A stretch of 64,000 nt of DNA, from NCBI GenBank assembly GCA_963745075.1, contig CAVUWV010000018.1, positions 256,001 to 320,000 on the forward strand. Reading direction: 5' to 3'. This DNA is from Candidatus Hydrogenedentota bacterium. GTDB taxonomy: Bacteria; Hydrogenedentota; Hydrogenedentia; Hydrogenedentales; SLHB01. Below, piece after piece: positions 20,107 to 30,000 of this stretch. A model generated the notes under the pieces. That model had not been told where the DNA came from. It saw only the letters and a program-made list of their open reading frames with translations, and made no database searches. The position numbers were made by a program, and so were the translations under genes. Every line of letters starts with the position of its first letter. Within the stretch, counting starts at the first letter, position 1.

Positions 20107-21000
20107 TTGGACGTTTTACGGACCCCGGATGAACGGTTTAACCAACTGGAATCATTCAGCTTTGAGCCACAGTACACCCGCGTGAACGGGCTTCGGGTTC
20201 ATTATATTGATGAGGGACCCATCACGAGTGCCCCGGTTCTCATGCTGCATGGAGAACCCACATGGTCCTATCTCTACCGCCGGATGGTTCCGATTCTGGC
20301 GGCAGCCGGGCACCGCGTGATCGTCCCGGACCTGGTCGGTTTCGGCCGGTCGGACAAGCCCGTGCGGCAGGAAGAGTACACCTATCAGCGCCATGTCGAC
20401 TGGATTCTGGGCGTGGTTGAGAACCTGGACCTCCAGGCGATCACGCTCGTTTGCCAGGATTGGGGCGGGCTGATCGGGTTGCGAATCGCGGCGGAACACG
20501 CTGCAAGATTCGCACGAATCGTTGCCGCGAACACGTTTCTGCCAACCGGCGACCAGGACCTGGGCGAGGCGTTCCACCGGTGGCGCGCGTACTCCCAGGA
20601 CGTGCCCGAATTCCCCATCGGCCGAATTCTGCAACGCGGAACCGTCCGCGACCTGGAATCCGCTGTTGTCGCGGCCTACGAAGCTCCGTTCCCGGACGAG
20701 TCATACAAAGCCGGCGCCCGCATCTTCCCCATGCTGGTACCGTGCACGCCAGAGGATCCTGCCTGCCGCCCAAACCGGGCGGCGTGGGACGTTCTGAGTC
20801 GTTGGGACAAGCCATTCCTGACGGCATTCAGCGACCAGGACCCGATCACTCGCGGAGGGGACAAGGTGTTCCAAGCGGTGGTACCCGGGGCTGCCGGCCG
20901 ACCCCACGCTACGATTGCCGGTGCGGGTCACTTCCTGCAGGAAGACAAAGGGACAGAGTTGGCAGCGATCGTGGCGCGTTTCATCCAGACTACCGCCTGA
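20107..21000 (+). CDS. Haloalkane dehalogenase (HLD-I / DhlA-DhmA-like)
   Basis: LRTPDERF, LHGEPTWSYLYR, CQDWGG nucleophile, AAYEAPFPD, GAGHFLQEDKG; GAGGAG SD. Confidence 0.92.
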   Translation: MDVLRTPDERFNQLESFSFEPQYTRVNGLRVHYIDEGPITSAPVLMLHGEPTWSYLYRRMVPILAAAGHRVIVPDLVGFGRSDKPVRQEEYTYQRHVDWILGVVENLDLQAITLVCQDWGGLIGLRIAAEHAARFARIVAANTFLPTGDQDLGEAFHRWRAYSQDVPEFPIGRILQRGTVRDLESAVVAAYEAPFPDESYKAGARIFPMLVPCTPEDPACRPNRAAWDVLSRWDKPFLTAFSDQDPITRGGDKVFQAVVPGAAGRPHATIAGAGHFLQEDKGTELAAIVARFIQTTA

Positions 21001-21030
21001 ATGACGGGAGACCACGCCGTTGGAATGGCG

Positions 21031-22302
21031 TCAGAAGCCCACAGCTACATCGACGTGATTGTCGGTATACACGAAGCTCTCGACGCGAAGGTCTTCTTCT
21101 TCAATTAGATTTCGCATTTCCGGCGCCGAACGGCATTGCCCTTGCGGATTCACCAGTACACTGACCACGGGCCGATCGAAGGCGTCGCCGTTGGTATGGA
21201 CGACTTTGCCAATCTCGCCGGTGGTCAGACGCACAAAACTCCCGACGGGGAAGAGGGATAAGTAGCGCAAGAGGCCGCGGACGATTTCGCTATTGAAGAG
21301 GCCGCGGTTCGCTTGTTTGATCACCGATTCCATAGCCAGGTACGGCGCGCAGGCCTTGCGCCAGGGACGGGTCGAGGTCAAGGCATCGTACACATCCGCG
21401 ACGGCGGAAATCTGCGCGAACTTGTGGATCCAAAGGCGTTCCCGGCGCTGCGTGTATCCGGAACCATCCGCGCGCTCGTGATGCTGGTACATGGCCAGCC
21501 GAACCGTTGCTGGCAAGCTCTTAATCTGCTCCAGCACGTACAGACCAAGCATCGTGTGCTTCTGGATGTCGATGAATTCCACGGAATCGAGCCGGCGCGG
21601 CGCCCGCACCAATTCCTGCGGCACCATCGCCATTCCCAGATCCTGGAACAACGCGGCAATGCCCACTTCCTGGACCTGCTCCACGTTATATCCCATGGCG
21701 GTGGCAATATTGATGGCGAGAACTGCCGTATTGAATGCGTGTTGGTGGTGGTACTCGGACGCGAGACGCAGATTCGTCAGATTGGTCAATAGGCTTCGGT
21801 CTTTGGCGAAGATTTCGACGATCCGCGCCACCAAAGCGACCGCTGCATCCGCAGTTGCATCCGATTCGACCTCGCCGCGAACCAAATTCTCCACGAACGA
21901 AACGCCCTCGTGGCAAATGGCACGCCACTCCCGCAGTCGCGTGCTGGGCCGGCGATATTGCACCGAGTCGTCGATTGAAGAGGCAAAAGGCTTGCCGACG
22001 GGCAACACATTCAGGGAATCCAGGGATTCGACCCTCGAATCGAGTTCCGCAGACAGGGCATCCATGACCGACACGGCTTCGTGGCGGTAGTCCATGACGG
22101 CCCGGGCGCTCTCCATCTCCTCGACTTCGTCCGGGTCCCATTCCCCCACATAGGCAAAGCGCGTCCCGCTGTTTAGAAGGGAAGAAATCATGTCCCGCGT
22201 GAGCACATTCCGTGCGGCGAGCAGCAGCCGCCCCCTTCTATCGAAGAGGGGGCCATCCAAGACCTTGCCGGGGATGAGCGCTTTGACGGCGACTCGTTCC
22301 AT
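21031..22302 (-). CDS. HD-GYP family protein with degenerate motifs
   Basis: ALFQDLG, IQKHT, QHHERADGSGYT, AVADVYDALTSTRPWR, LFPVGSFVRLTTGEIGKV. Confidence 0.88.
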   Translation of the reverse strand: MERVAVKALIPGKVLDGPLFDRRGRLLLAARNVLTRDMISSLLNSGTRFAYVGEWDPDEVEEMESARAVMDYRHEAVSVMDALSAELDSRVESLDSLNVLPVGKPFASSIDDSVQYRRPSTRLREWRAICHEGVSFVENLVRGEVESDATADAAVALVARIVEIFAKDRSLLTNLTNLRLASEYHHQHAFNTAVLAINIATAMGYNVEQVQEVGIAALFQDLGMAMVPQELVRAPRRLDSVEFIDIQKHTMLGLYVLEQIKSLPATVRLAMYQHHERADGSGYTQRRERLWIHKFAQISAVADVYDALTSTRPWRKACAPYLAMESVIKQANRGLFNSEIVRGLLRYLSLFPVGSFVRLTTGEIGKVVHTNGDAFDRPVVSVLVNPQGQCRSAPEMRNLIEEEDLRVESFVYTDNHVDVAVGF

Positions 22303-22599
22303 AGCTTATCCGCGACGGCTCAGGGCAACAAACACATGGGCCGCCCCTACGAATCGCCCACAACTCTCCCACATCTGGAAATCACTCCTTGGCATCGGCC
22401 CCCGTACTCGACTGCAGCATCGATAGGTTTCGATTCCCCTGAAACGGGTCGACACCCGTACTACCCCAGTTCGAACGAACGCTATTATACAGCATACGAC
22501 TCATTAGTCCGGAATTCTAACGACCTCTAAACATTTGGGTGAGAAATGCGGATTGGAAGAGCGCGCATTCAACGAGGCGACCCGACCTATTCCACGCGG

Positions 22600-24114
22600 T
22601 TATCGGGTCCGATCGGCCGGAGCCGCCAAATCCCAAATATAAACGTCCCATCGTCCGGGATAATGATAGCGCTTTGCCGGCAGACCATTTTCCTTCAGCG
22701 CCGCGTCGACCTGGCGGGCCTCGTAGAGGTCAGGTACTTCGAAGAATGCGATTGCCGTTGGCTGGCCCGAACGGGCATTTTCCACAGCCTCTTCAATGAA
22801 TTGCTCGGAATGTTCGAGCCGGGATTGGTCCACCCCGCCATAGAATACGAGAGTCGGCTCGAAATTGTTCGGGGGAGAATAAACGGTAGCGTCCTTGTCA
22901 GCCAGTTCCGCGAGTACGGGCCGTGCCGACTTCCAGTCCGGCCGCATGGGTCGCCACAAATCCACCAGGTTTCCCGCCATGAGTAATAGTAGGAGCGCCA
23001 GAGCACTGTTGCGCCACGCCGCACTCGGGAGCTTGGCCACGCCCGCCCCCACCAACAGGTAAAGCGCGAAACACGAATAGAGTGTGTACCGTTCCACGAA
23101 GCACGGTTTGACGGTGTACGTGAGAAAGAACAACGTGAACGGTGGAAGAATCAGCCAAAACAGGACAAACAAGGTGCGATCGTCGACCATCGGAATCACG
23201 TGGCTTCCGACCTTCCAGCGGTTCGAGATAACGTTCCGGAGGACAAAAAACGCGGCAACCGCGAGCAGAAACCCACCGAGCAGATAATGAACCGGAATTC
23301 CCAAGGGCAAGTGGCGAACTAGGTCCAACGCATCCAGTTTGCTTCCGGCATAGACGAAATAATAGGCATCAAACAGACGCTTCAAGCCGGGTTTGTAGAT
23401 CCATGCCACGTGATCTTCGAGGGTTTTGAAGTCCGTGGTTAAGAACCAGGCCATCGCAAACCCGCCGACAATCGCATGGGCCAGAGCCCAAGAGCCGAGA
23501 AGACGGAACTTTCGCGGCCGGGTCACGAGAAGAAAGACGAATTGCATGCCAATGAAGAGAACGGCAAACAGATGCGTCGACATCGCAAGGGCGTTGGCGA
23601 TGAAATTGCAGATCCACCACCGCTTCTTGTTGGTGTCAAGGGCATTGACGAACCCATACGCGGACACGACGGCAAACAAGAGCACGAAGGCATACATCCG
23701 AATCTCTTGCGATTGGTAAATCAGGAGTTTAGAGAACGCAACACAGAGCGCCGCCGTGCAGCCGGCCCAGTGCCCGTACAAGCGGCGTCCGAGAAGGTAC
23801 ATGACGAGGATCGTGGCCATCCCGGACAATAAGGACAGCAACCGGACGGCAAGAACGGAATCGCCGACCAATCGAGCCCAGTAGTATTCGGTGGTGAAGT
23901 AGACGGGCAGCATGGCCGAATCGAGTTGCCGTTCAAGTTGGAAAAACTGTTGAATCGTAGGCGAATCCAGGAACTCGAAGCTCGAAATCTCGTCGTACCA
24001 GACCGGCTCATAGTCTATTCGATAAATCCGCAGCGCAAATCCGACAAGCAGAATGGCGCAAATGGCGGCGACCTGTCGATAGGTCCATTCCTGTTTGACG
24101 TCATCCAGATTCAT
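22600..24114 (-). CDS. Glycosyltransferase family 39/83 (PMT_2/ArnT-like) membrane protein
   Basis: ALRIYRIDYEPVWYDE, PVYF, VRLLSLLSG, IYQSQEIRMYA; many TM segments. Confidence 0.85.
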   Translation of the reverse strand: MNLDDVKQEWTYRQVAAICAILLVGFALRIYRIDYEPVWYDEISSFEFLDSPTIQQFFQLERQLDSAMLPVYFTTEYYWARLVGDSVLAVRLLSLLSGMATILVMYLLGRRLYGHWAGCTAALCVAFSKLLIYQSQEIRMYAFVLLFAVVSAYGFVNALDTNKKRWWICNFIANALAMSTHLFAVLFIGMQFVFLLVTRPRKFRLLGSWALAHAIVGGFAMAWFLTTDFKTLEDHVAWIYKPGLKRLFDAYYFVYAGSKLDALDLVRHLPLGIPVHYLLGGFLLAVAAFFVLRNVISNRWKVGSHVIPMVDDRTLFVLFWLILPPFTLFFLTYTVKPCFVERYTLYSCFALYLLVGAGVAKLPSAAWRNSALALLLLLMAGNLVDLWRPMRPDWKSARPVLAELADKDATVYSPPNNFEPTLVFYGGVDQSRLEHSEQFIEEAVENARSGQPTAIAFFEVPDLYEARQVDAALKENGLPAKRYHYPGRWDVYIWDLAAPADRTR

Positions 24115-24438
24115 CGTATACTCCGAGTCTTGAATGCGCTCCCCATGAGGACGAACGTCACAGCAATTCTCGCCATGCAAAAGCGCGCTAGTCCGCGTTT
24201 CTACCCGCCCCGGAAGTCGTCGTTTTGCCGACCGGTACCTTGGGCGCGGGGAGAAATGCTTTCGAGAAAAACCGAAGGCTTACAGTCGAGAAGTTCTCGC
24301 ACACACTCTATGAACCCAATAAGCTCGGACAGACACGCGAAGCTCCGGAAGCTTCGAGTTACAAATTCGACGTTTGGTGCGTGTGAGAATTCCCGGCTAG
24401 TGTAGCGGATCGCACGCAGCATTTAACAGAAAAATCCG

Positions 24439-24467
24439 TTGACAAACCCACGTCCCGAAGGTAGGTT
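24439..24467 (+). promoter_or_regulatory. Putative sigma70 promoter of the leader/DUF1559 unit
   Basis: TTGACA-N17-TAGGTT. Confidence 0.6.
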
Positions 24468-24564
24468 AAATGTATGGCGTTCGGTGATGGTTTTGTTCCA
24501 GGCGGAAAACATTTACCTACGCCAATACCGTGAGACCAAGGCGTTCTTGGGGAACCTCGATTTC

Positions 24565-24903
24565 ATGAATCGAAAATGGTTAAGACTCGGCGCGTGCGCC
24601 GCGCTGGTGCTTTTCGCGTGTGCGGAATTGCACACGGTGGTGCCGTTTGTCTTTTCCGAATTCCATCACGATAGCCCCGAAAACGCGCCATTCGACGGAT
24701 CGACCGGCAATGACTCCCGTCAGCCCTGTGCGCTGTGCCTGCTAATCCACTCGGCAACACTCGTCCCTTCTGCGGATGCTGTTCAAGGTCCGCCTGATGT
24801 CACCCCGGAACAACCCGTTCCAGAAGACAACGCCATCGTCTGGTGCGATACCTCCTGGAGACCCGAGTCCCGCCGGGGTCCTCCCTCCTTACACACTTCC
24901 TAA
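24565..24903 (+). CDS. DUF2946/CruR-like exported leader protein with CxxC and C-terminal RGPP motif
   Basis: 112 aa: basic/hydrophobic signal-like N-terminus, His residues, CALC (24727-24738), 45-aa Pro-rich spacer, RGPP (24874-24885), stop 5 codons later. Confidence 0.75.
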   Translation: MNRKWLRLGACAALVLFACAELHTVVPFVFSEFHHDSPENAPFDGSTGNDSRQPCALCLLIHSATLVPSADAVQGPPDVTPEQPVPEDNAIVWCDTSWRPESRRGPPSLHTS

Positions 24904-25002
24904 TCGCAGAACTCCCCGTGTGAATCGTCGAGCGTAAAGACGTTTATCGCTTACGCACGACGCCGTGTTGTGACGTGTGTAAACCAATAAGGAGTTATCC
25001 CT

Positions 25003-25908
25003 ATGCGTACCAAGGGTTTTACATTGATCGAACTGTTGGTGGTCATCGCCATCATTGGCATTCTCGCGGCAATCCTGCTCCCGGCGCTCGCACGGGCAAG
25101 GGAAGCAGCCCGTCGCGCGAGCTGCCAGAACAATCTGAAGCAAATGGGTCTCGTGTTGAAGATGTACAGCAACGAGAGCGCGGGGGAGAAATACCCTCCG
25201 ATGAAGTCCGTCGATTGCAACGGAAATCCGGCGCCGGGCGCCACGATATTCCGCGTGGAGTCCATGGATCCCGAGTATCTGACGGACCTGAATGTGCTGG
25301 TGTGCCCGAGTGCGTCTTCGGGCTCGACCGCCCTGGAACTTTGGGACCAAGGCGAAACAACGTCGACCCTGTGGGGCGGGAATGGCGCCATCGTTCAGCC
25401 CTTTGCGAACAACGGAATCGTTGAGCCGTGTGAAGTCTACGAACACCCTTATATCTACCTGGGCTGGGTGATTGAGAAACGGTTGTCCGCCGACCAGACC
25501 GCGCTGGACGCGTTGGCGGTCAACGTGGACGATCTGTTCGCCGCATTGAACACCACGGCCGCGGATGCGGAACAGGTCGCCGACAGCGACTGGGACGTCG
25601 TGGACGGAACCGGAAACGGCGGCGGCGACAAGATCAATCGGATGCGCGAGGGTATCGAGCGTTTCCTGATCACGGATATCAACAATCCGGCGGGAAGCGC
25701 GATGAGCCAAACCGAACTTCCGGTCATGTGGGACGAGATTTCCGGTGACAACGCAACACACTTCAACCACGTTCCCGGCGGCTGCAATGTGTTGTACATG
25801 GACGGCCACGTCAAGTTCTTGAAGTACGACGGCCCTTTCGGTTCGGACTTTCCGGTTAACGGCGGCGGCCTCGTGTTCCACGAGATGAGTCACCTCCTGT
25901 ACCCGTAA
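25003..25908 (+). CDS. DUF1559 prepilin-type N-terminal cleavage/methylation protein with H-X9-DG motif
   Basis: [73 protein letters not shown]. Confidence 0.93.
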   Translation: MRTKGFTLIELLVVIAIIGILAAILLPALARAREAARRASCQNNLKQMGLVLKMYSNESAGEKYPPMKSVDCNGNPAPGATIFRVESMDPEYLTDLNVLVCPSASSGSTALELWDQGETTSTLWGGNGAIVQPFANNGIVEPCEVYEHPYIYLGWVIEKRLSADQTALDALAVNVDDLFAALNTTAADAEQVADSDWDVVDGTGNGGGDKINRMREGIERFLITDINNPAGSAMSQTELPVMWDEISGDNATHFNHVPGGCNVLYMDGHVKFLKYDGPFGSDFPVNGGGLVFHEMSHLLYP

Positions 25909-25936
25909 GTCGTGTATTCGTAGGTTTTGCATGGAA

Positions 25937-25961
25937 GCGGGGCGGCCACGTGCCGCCCCGC
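25937..25961 (+). terminator. GC-rich hairpin after the DUF1559 gene
   Basis: GCGGGGCGGC-CACGT-GCCGCCCCGC perfect 10-bp stem; no U tract. Confidence 0.5.
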
Positions 25962-26104
25962 ACGTGATCCGCCGTCCGGTCGCAATTCTTGAGTGCTTCT
26001 GGTATAGTCGTGGGAGGCTGGAATTGGGTGTCACCGCTCAATCCACCTCGACTGCACGTCGCACGTGCGGTTCGATCAAGTATGGCTGTCCGGAGGTTAT
26101 CTCA

Positions 26105-27541
26105 ATGAAGAGTCACCGTTCCCAGTTTCTGGGTCTGTTTTTCTTTCTCGCCGCGACGTTGCTCGTTCTCTCCAATGGCTTTGTTGGGCGAATCTTCGCT
26201 CAGGAGAATGGCGCCCAAATTGTCACAAAAATCGAGCCCATCGCCGTCGTGCTGGACGAGATCATGAAGCACTACGTCGAGACTCCCAATGCCGACAAAG
26301 TAATCGAGGGCGCGCTCGTTGGAATGATGAATTCGCTGGACGATCATAGTTCCTACGTTCCACCGCAGGCGTATCAGACGATCACGGAGGAAACGGAGGG
26401 CGAGTTCGACGGCATCGGCGTGCAGATCAAACTGGATGACGACAAGAATATCGTGATTTTCCATCCGCTTCCCGGATCGCCGGCGGCCAAGGCCGGGCTC
26501 GTGGGCAATGACGTAATCGTGAAGATCGATGACATCGCGACGCAGGGCATGAGCCTGGACGAAGCCAAAGACTTGATCCGCGGCGCCCGGGGCACGGACG
26601 TTCATCTTACCGTGTTTCGCGAGTACCCCAATACGGATAAACGCCCGGAATTGCTGGAGTTCGACGTAACACGCGGCCGTATTCCGTTGGAAAGCGTCAT
26701 GGAATCCCGGGTTTTGGACGGCGGCATCGGATATATCCGGATCAGCGACTTCAAAAAGACTACGGCAAGCGAAATCGCCTCGCATTTGAAGGAACTGGAA
26801 AAGGAAGGGATGCGGTCCCTCATTCTCGACCTGCGCTGGAATCCCGGAGGTTTGTTGACGGCGGCGAAGGACGTGTCCGAGTTGTTCCTGCCCAAAGGCA
26901 CCAAGGTCACCTACACCAAGGGCCGGCACCAATCGGACGGGACGATCAGTGAAGAAATCACGCTGTACACGGAGCGGGATCCGGTGTTGCCGGAAAGTTT
27001 CCCGATGGTGTTGCTGGTCAACGAACAGACGGCCAGTTCGTCGGAAATCGTCACGGGGGCACTGCAATTCTACAAGCGCGCGATCGTCGTGGGCATGAAG
27101 ACCTACGGCAAAGGCAGCGTGCAGACGATCATTCCCTTGCGGCGACCCAAGGACGCGGCGCTGCGACTCACCACCGCGCTGTATTACACGCCGGCCGACG
27201 TGACGATTAACAAGCATGGAATTCTCCCGGATGTGGAAGTCCCATTTCCGATGGAGAAGTGGCGCGACCTTTTCCTGCAAATGCGCGAATCGTGGGAAGA
27301 AGACCCCGGCATGCAGAATCAACAGAATCACGGCAGCGTCACCGACGACAAGGTAGGTGAGAACACGGTGGAAGACGTGCAGTTGCAGCGGGCCGTGAAA
27401 ATACTGAACGAGGACCCGGTCTGGGAAGACCTCGTCAAGCAGTATCACAAAGACACCGCAGAGACGCAGGTTGCCGCGGCGGATTCACTCAGCGGCGATC
27501 GCCACGAGGAATCCGGAAACGTGGAGGCGGCTTCCCAGTAA
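26105..27541 (+). CDS. ctpA: S41 carboxyl-terminal processing protease with PDZ domain
   Basis: [46 protein letters not shown]. Confidence 0.93.
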   Translation: MKSHRSQFLGLFFFLAATLLVLSNGFVGRIFAQENGAQIVTKIEPIAVVLDEIMKHYVETPNADKVIEGALVGMMNSLDDHSSYVPPQAYQTITEETEGEFDGIGVQIKLDDDKNIVIFHPLPGSPAAKAGLVGNDVIVKIDDIATQGMSLDEAKDLIRGARGTDVHLTVFREYPNTDKRPELLEFDVTRGRIPLESVMESRVLDGGIGYIRISDFKKTTASEIASHLKELEKEGMRSLILDLRWNPGGLLTAAKDVSELFLPKGTKVTYTKGRHQSDGTISEEITLYTERDPVLPESFPMVLLVNEQTASSSEIVTGALQFYKRAIVVGMKTYGKGSVQTIIPLRRPKDAALRLTTALYYTPADVTINKHGILPDVEVPFPMEKWRDLFLQMRESWEEDPGMQNQQNHGSVTDDKVGENTVEDVQLQRAVKILNEDPVWEDLVKQYHKDTAETQVAAADSLSGDRHEESGNVEAASQ

Positions 27542-28251
27542 TGCGGCCGGACGGTCGACTCCCTGACGCGTTACGCCCCATCGAGATCGTACGCAACTAC
27601 ACGCAGTATGCCGAAGGCTCGGTTTTGGTCAGCTTCGGCAACACCCGCGTATTGTGCACGGCTTCCCTCGATGAGCGCGTCCCTCCCTTTTTGCGCGAAA
27701 CCGGCACGGGGTGGGTAACGGCCGAATACGCCATGCTCCCGGGCTCGGCACATGGGCGTATTTCCCGCGATGCCGCCAAGAAAGGGCGCGCGCTGGAAAT
27801 CAGCCGTCTGATTGGGCGGTCGCTCCGATGTGTCGTCGACCTCGCCGCGATGGGCGAGCGGCAAATCATTCTGGATTGCGACGTGCTTCAAGCCGACGGA
27901 GGTACGCGCACCGCTGCCATTACGGGCGCCTATGTCGCCCTCCACGACGCGTGTAGCTGGCTTGTTGGCGAGGGCATTTTGGAAAGGTCGCCACTTATAA
28001 GCGGTTGCGCAGCCGTAAGTGTCGGCATCGTTAATGGCGAACCGCGGCTCGACCTCTGTTACGACGAAGACTCCGTCGCGGAAGTTGACATGAATGTGGT
28101 GATGCAGTCGGACGGGCGGCTCATCGAGATTCAGGGATCCGCCGAGGGCGAAGCGTTCACCCGGAAAATGATGAACGAATTACTGGACCAAGGCGAGAAA
28201 GGAATCCGGGAACTTCTTGCGCTGCAGAAGAAAGCACTCGATGAAAGCTGA
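27541..28251 (+). CDS. rph: Ribonuclease PH
   Basis: [44 protein letters not shown]. Confidence 0.97.
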   Translation: MRPDGRLPDALRPIEIVRNYTQYAEGSVLVSFGNTRVLCTASLDERVPPFLRETGTGWVTAEYAMLPGSAHGRISRDAAKKGRALEISRLIGRSLRCVVDLAAMGERQIILDCDVLQADGGTRTAAITGAYVALHDACSWLVGEGILERSPLISGCAAVSVGIVNGEPRLDLCYDEDSVAEVDMNVVMQSDGRLIEIQGSAEGEAFTRKMMNELLDQGEKGIRELLALQKKALDES

Positions 28252-28840
28252 GTCGCTGGTCATTGCCACGGGCAACGCGCATAAGTTCACGGAGATCGCC
28301 AGGTTCCTGGACGGTATATCGAGACCCCTCGTGAGCCTCTCGGACTGTTCGCCGGTTGACCCGCCCGAAGAAACGGGCGTCACCTTTGAAGAAAATGCGC
28401 TTTTGAAAGCGCGGTATTACTGCGACCGCTTGGGCGCCTCGTGTATCGCGGACGATTCCGGTCTGGTGATTGATGCGCTCAATGGCGGGCCCGGCGTGTT
28501 TTCGGCGCGATACGCTGGCGATGGGTGTGCCGACGCGGACAACAACGCCAAAGTGTTGGCGGCGCTCCACGATGTCCCCGAGCCGGATCGGACGGCGCGC
28601 TTTGTGTGCGTTGCCGCGATCGCAGACCCCGATGGCCGAGAACACAGCGTGGCGGGAACCGTTGAAGGCCGGATCGCTTTCGAACTTCGCGGGCGCAATG
28701 GTTTTGGATACGACCCGATGTTCATACCCGATGGGCATACGAAAACCTTCGGAGAACTGGACCCTGCGGTCAAAGCCGGGATCAGCCACCGTTCCCGCGC
28801 GTTCACGAAGCTCCGCGACTTCTTGGAGTCGATGACATGA
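28241..28840 (+). CDS. rdgB: dITP/XTP pyrophosphatase (Ham1)
   Basis: [46 protein letters not shown]. Confidence 0.96.
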   Translation: MKAESLVIATGNAHKFTEIARFLDGISRPLVSLSDCSPVDPPEETGVTFEENALLKARYYCDRLGASCIADDSGLVIDALNGGPGVFSARYAGDGCADADNNAKVLAALHDVPEPDRTARFVCVAAIADPDGREHSVAGTVEGRIAFELRGRNGFGYDPMFIPDGHTKTFGELDPAVKAGISHRSRAFTKLRDFLESMT

Positions 28841-29439
28841 GGGTGGTTCCCGCGACAACGGAAGGTATCGCCGAGGCGGCGGACGCGATTCGGGAAGGGC
28901 TCGTGGTCGCATACCCCACCGACACGGTGTACGGATTGGGCGCCGATCCCTTTTCCGTAGTGGCATTGGAGCGGCTATACGTGTGCAAGGGAAGACCTCA
29001 GAACGCGCCGCTGCTCCTGGTAGCGGCGGATCTGGATCAGGTCGCGGAAGTCGTGGAAGTGATGGACCCCGCCGCCCGGCGGTATGCCGAGCAATTCTGG
29101 CCCGGGCCGCTGAGCCTGCTGCTGCCCAAGTCCGGCAAGGTGCCGGCCATGGTGACCGCCGGAAATCCTAAAGTATGCGTGCGTGTTCCCGATCATGCGA
29201 CTACGCGCGCGCTATGTACAGCGGTCGGGCATCCCATAGTCTCTACGTCGGCAAACGTCAGCGGGGCGCCGCCCGCACGTTCGCTGGACGACTTGGCGCT
29301 GCCGGGTATCGCGCTAGGTATAGACGGTGGGGCGCTTCCGGACCAACCGCCTTCGACGATTTTCGACCCCGAATCGGGCGCCGTACTCCGGGAAGGCTCG
29401 ATCACGGCGGACATGCTCACCGATGCGGCTGCGGACTAA
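28837..29439 (+). CDS. tsaC: L-threonylcarbamoyladenylate synthase (TsaC/Sua5 short form)
   Basis: AYPTDTVYGL, KGRP, FWPGPL, STSANVSG. Confidence 0.92.
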   Translation: MRVVPATTEGIAEAADAIREGLVVAYPTDTVYGLGADPFSVVALERLYVCKGRPQNAPLLLVAADLDQVAEVVEVMDPAARRYAEQFWPGPLSLLLPKSGKVPAMVTAGNPKVCVRVPDHATTRALCTAVGHPIVSTSANVSGAPPARSLDDLALPGIALGIDGGALPDQPPSTIFDPESGAVLREGSITADMLTDAAAD

Positions 29440-29509
29440 GCGCTTGTTCGAGCGGCGGTAAGAACCTACAATACGTATTCCACGAAATGAAGATATAGGG
29501 ACTTTACAC

Positions 29510-29953
29510 ATGAAGATTGCAGTCGGCAGCGACCATGCCGGATTTGAAGGACCTCCCCCCCACTATAAACCGGCGATCGTAGACCACGTGAAAGCGCTGG
29601 GACACGAAGTCCTGGATTGCGGCACAAACGGTCCGGAATCGGTGGATTATCCGGATTTTGCGGGCCGCGTCTGCAACGCGATTCAATCGGGTGAAGCCGA
29701 ACGAGGCGTGCTGATTTGCGGCACCGGCATCGGGATCTGCATGGCCGCCAACCGGTACAAGGGCATTCGCGGCGCCCCCTGCGCGACGCCGGAAATGGCG
29801 CGCTTGAGCCGAACCCACAACAATTCCAACGTTATCTGCGTCGGCACACGGATTCTCTCGCTGGAAACGTGCCTCCAACTTATCGACATCTGGTTGGACA
29901 CGCCCTTCAGCGAGGGAGAACGGCACATCCGACGCATCCAAAAGATGGGCTGA
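29510..29953 (+). CDS. rpiB: Ribose 5-phosphate isomerase B
   Basis: [32 protein letters not shown]. Confidence 0.95.
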   Translation: MKIAVGSDHAGFEGPPPHYKPAIVDHVKALGHEVLDCGTNGPESVDYPDFAGRVCNAIQSGEAERGVLICGTGIGICMAANRYKGIRGAPCATPEMARLSRTHNNSNVICVGTRILSLETCLQLIDIWLDTPFSEGERHIRRIQKMG

Positions 29954-30000
29954 CCGCTGGGATTTCCGCACGATTCAGTCCACGCAGGAGTATTTTATCC

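Noticed and set aside
22303..22490. c-di-GMP riboswitch upstream of the HD-GYP gene
   Set aside because: Could not identify the class I or class II consensus elements by eye
26102..27448. Long antisense ORFs (this one, 30270-31586, 33823-34905, 7519-8577 and others)
   Set aside because: Shadow frames of well-supported genes in GC-rich DNA; no recognisable motifs
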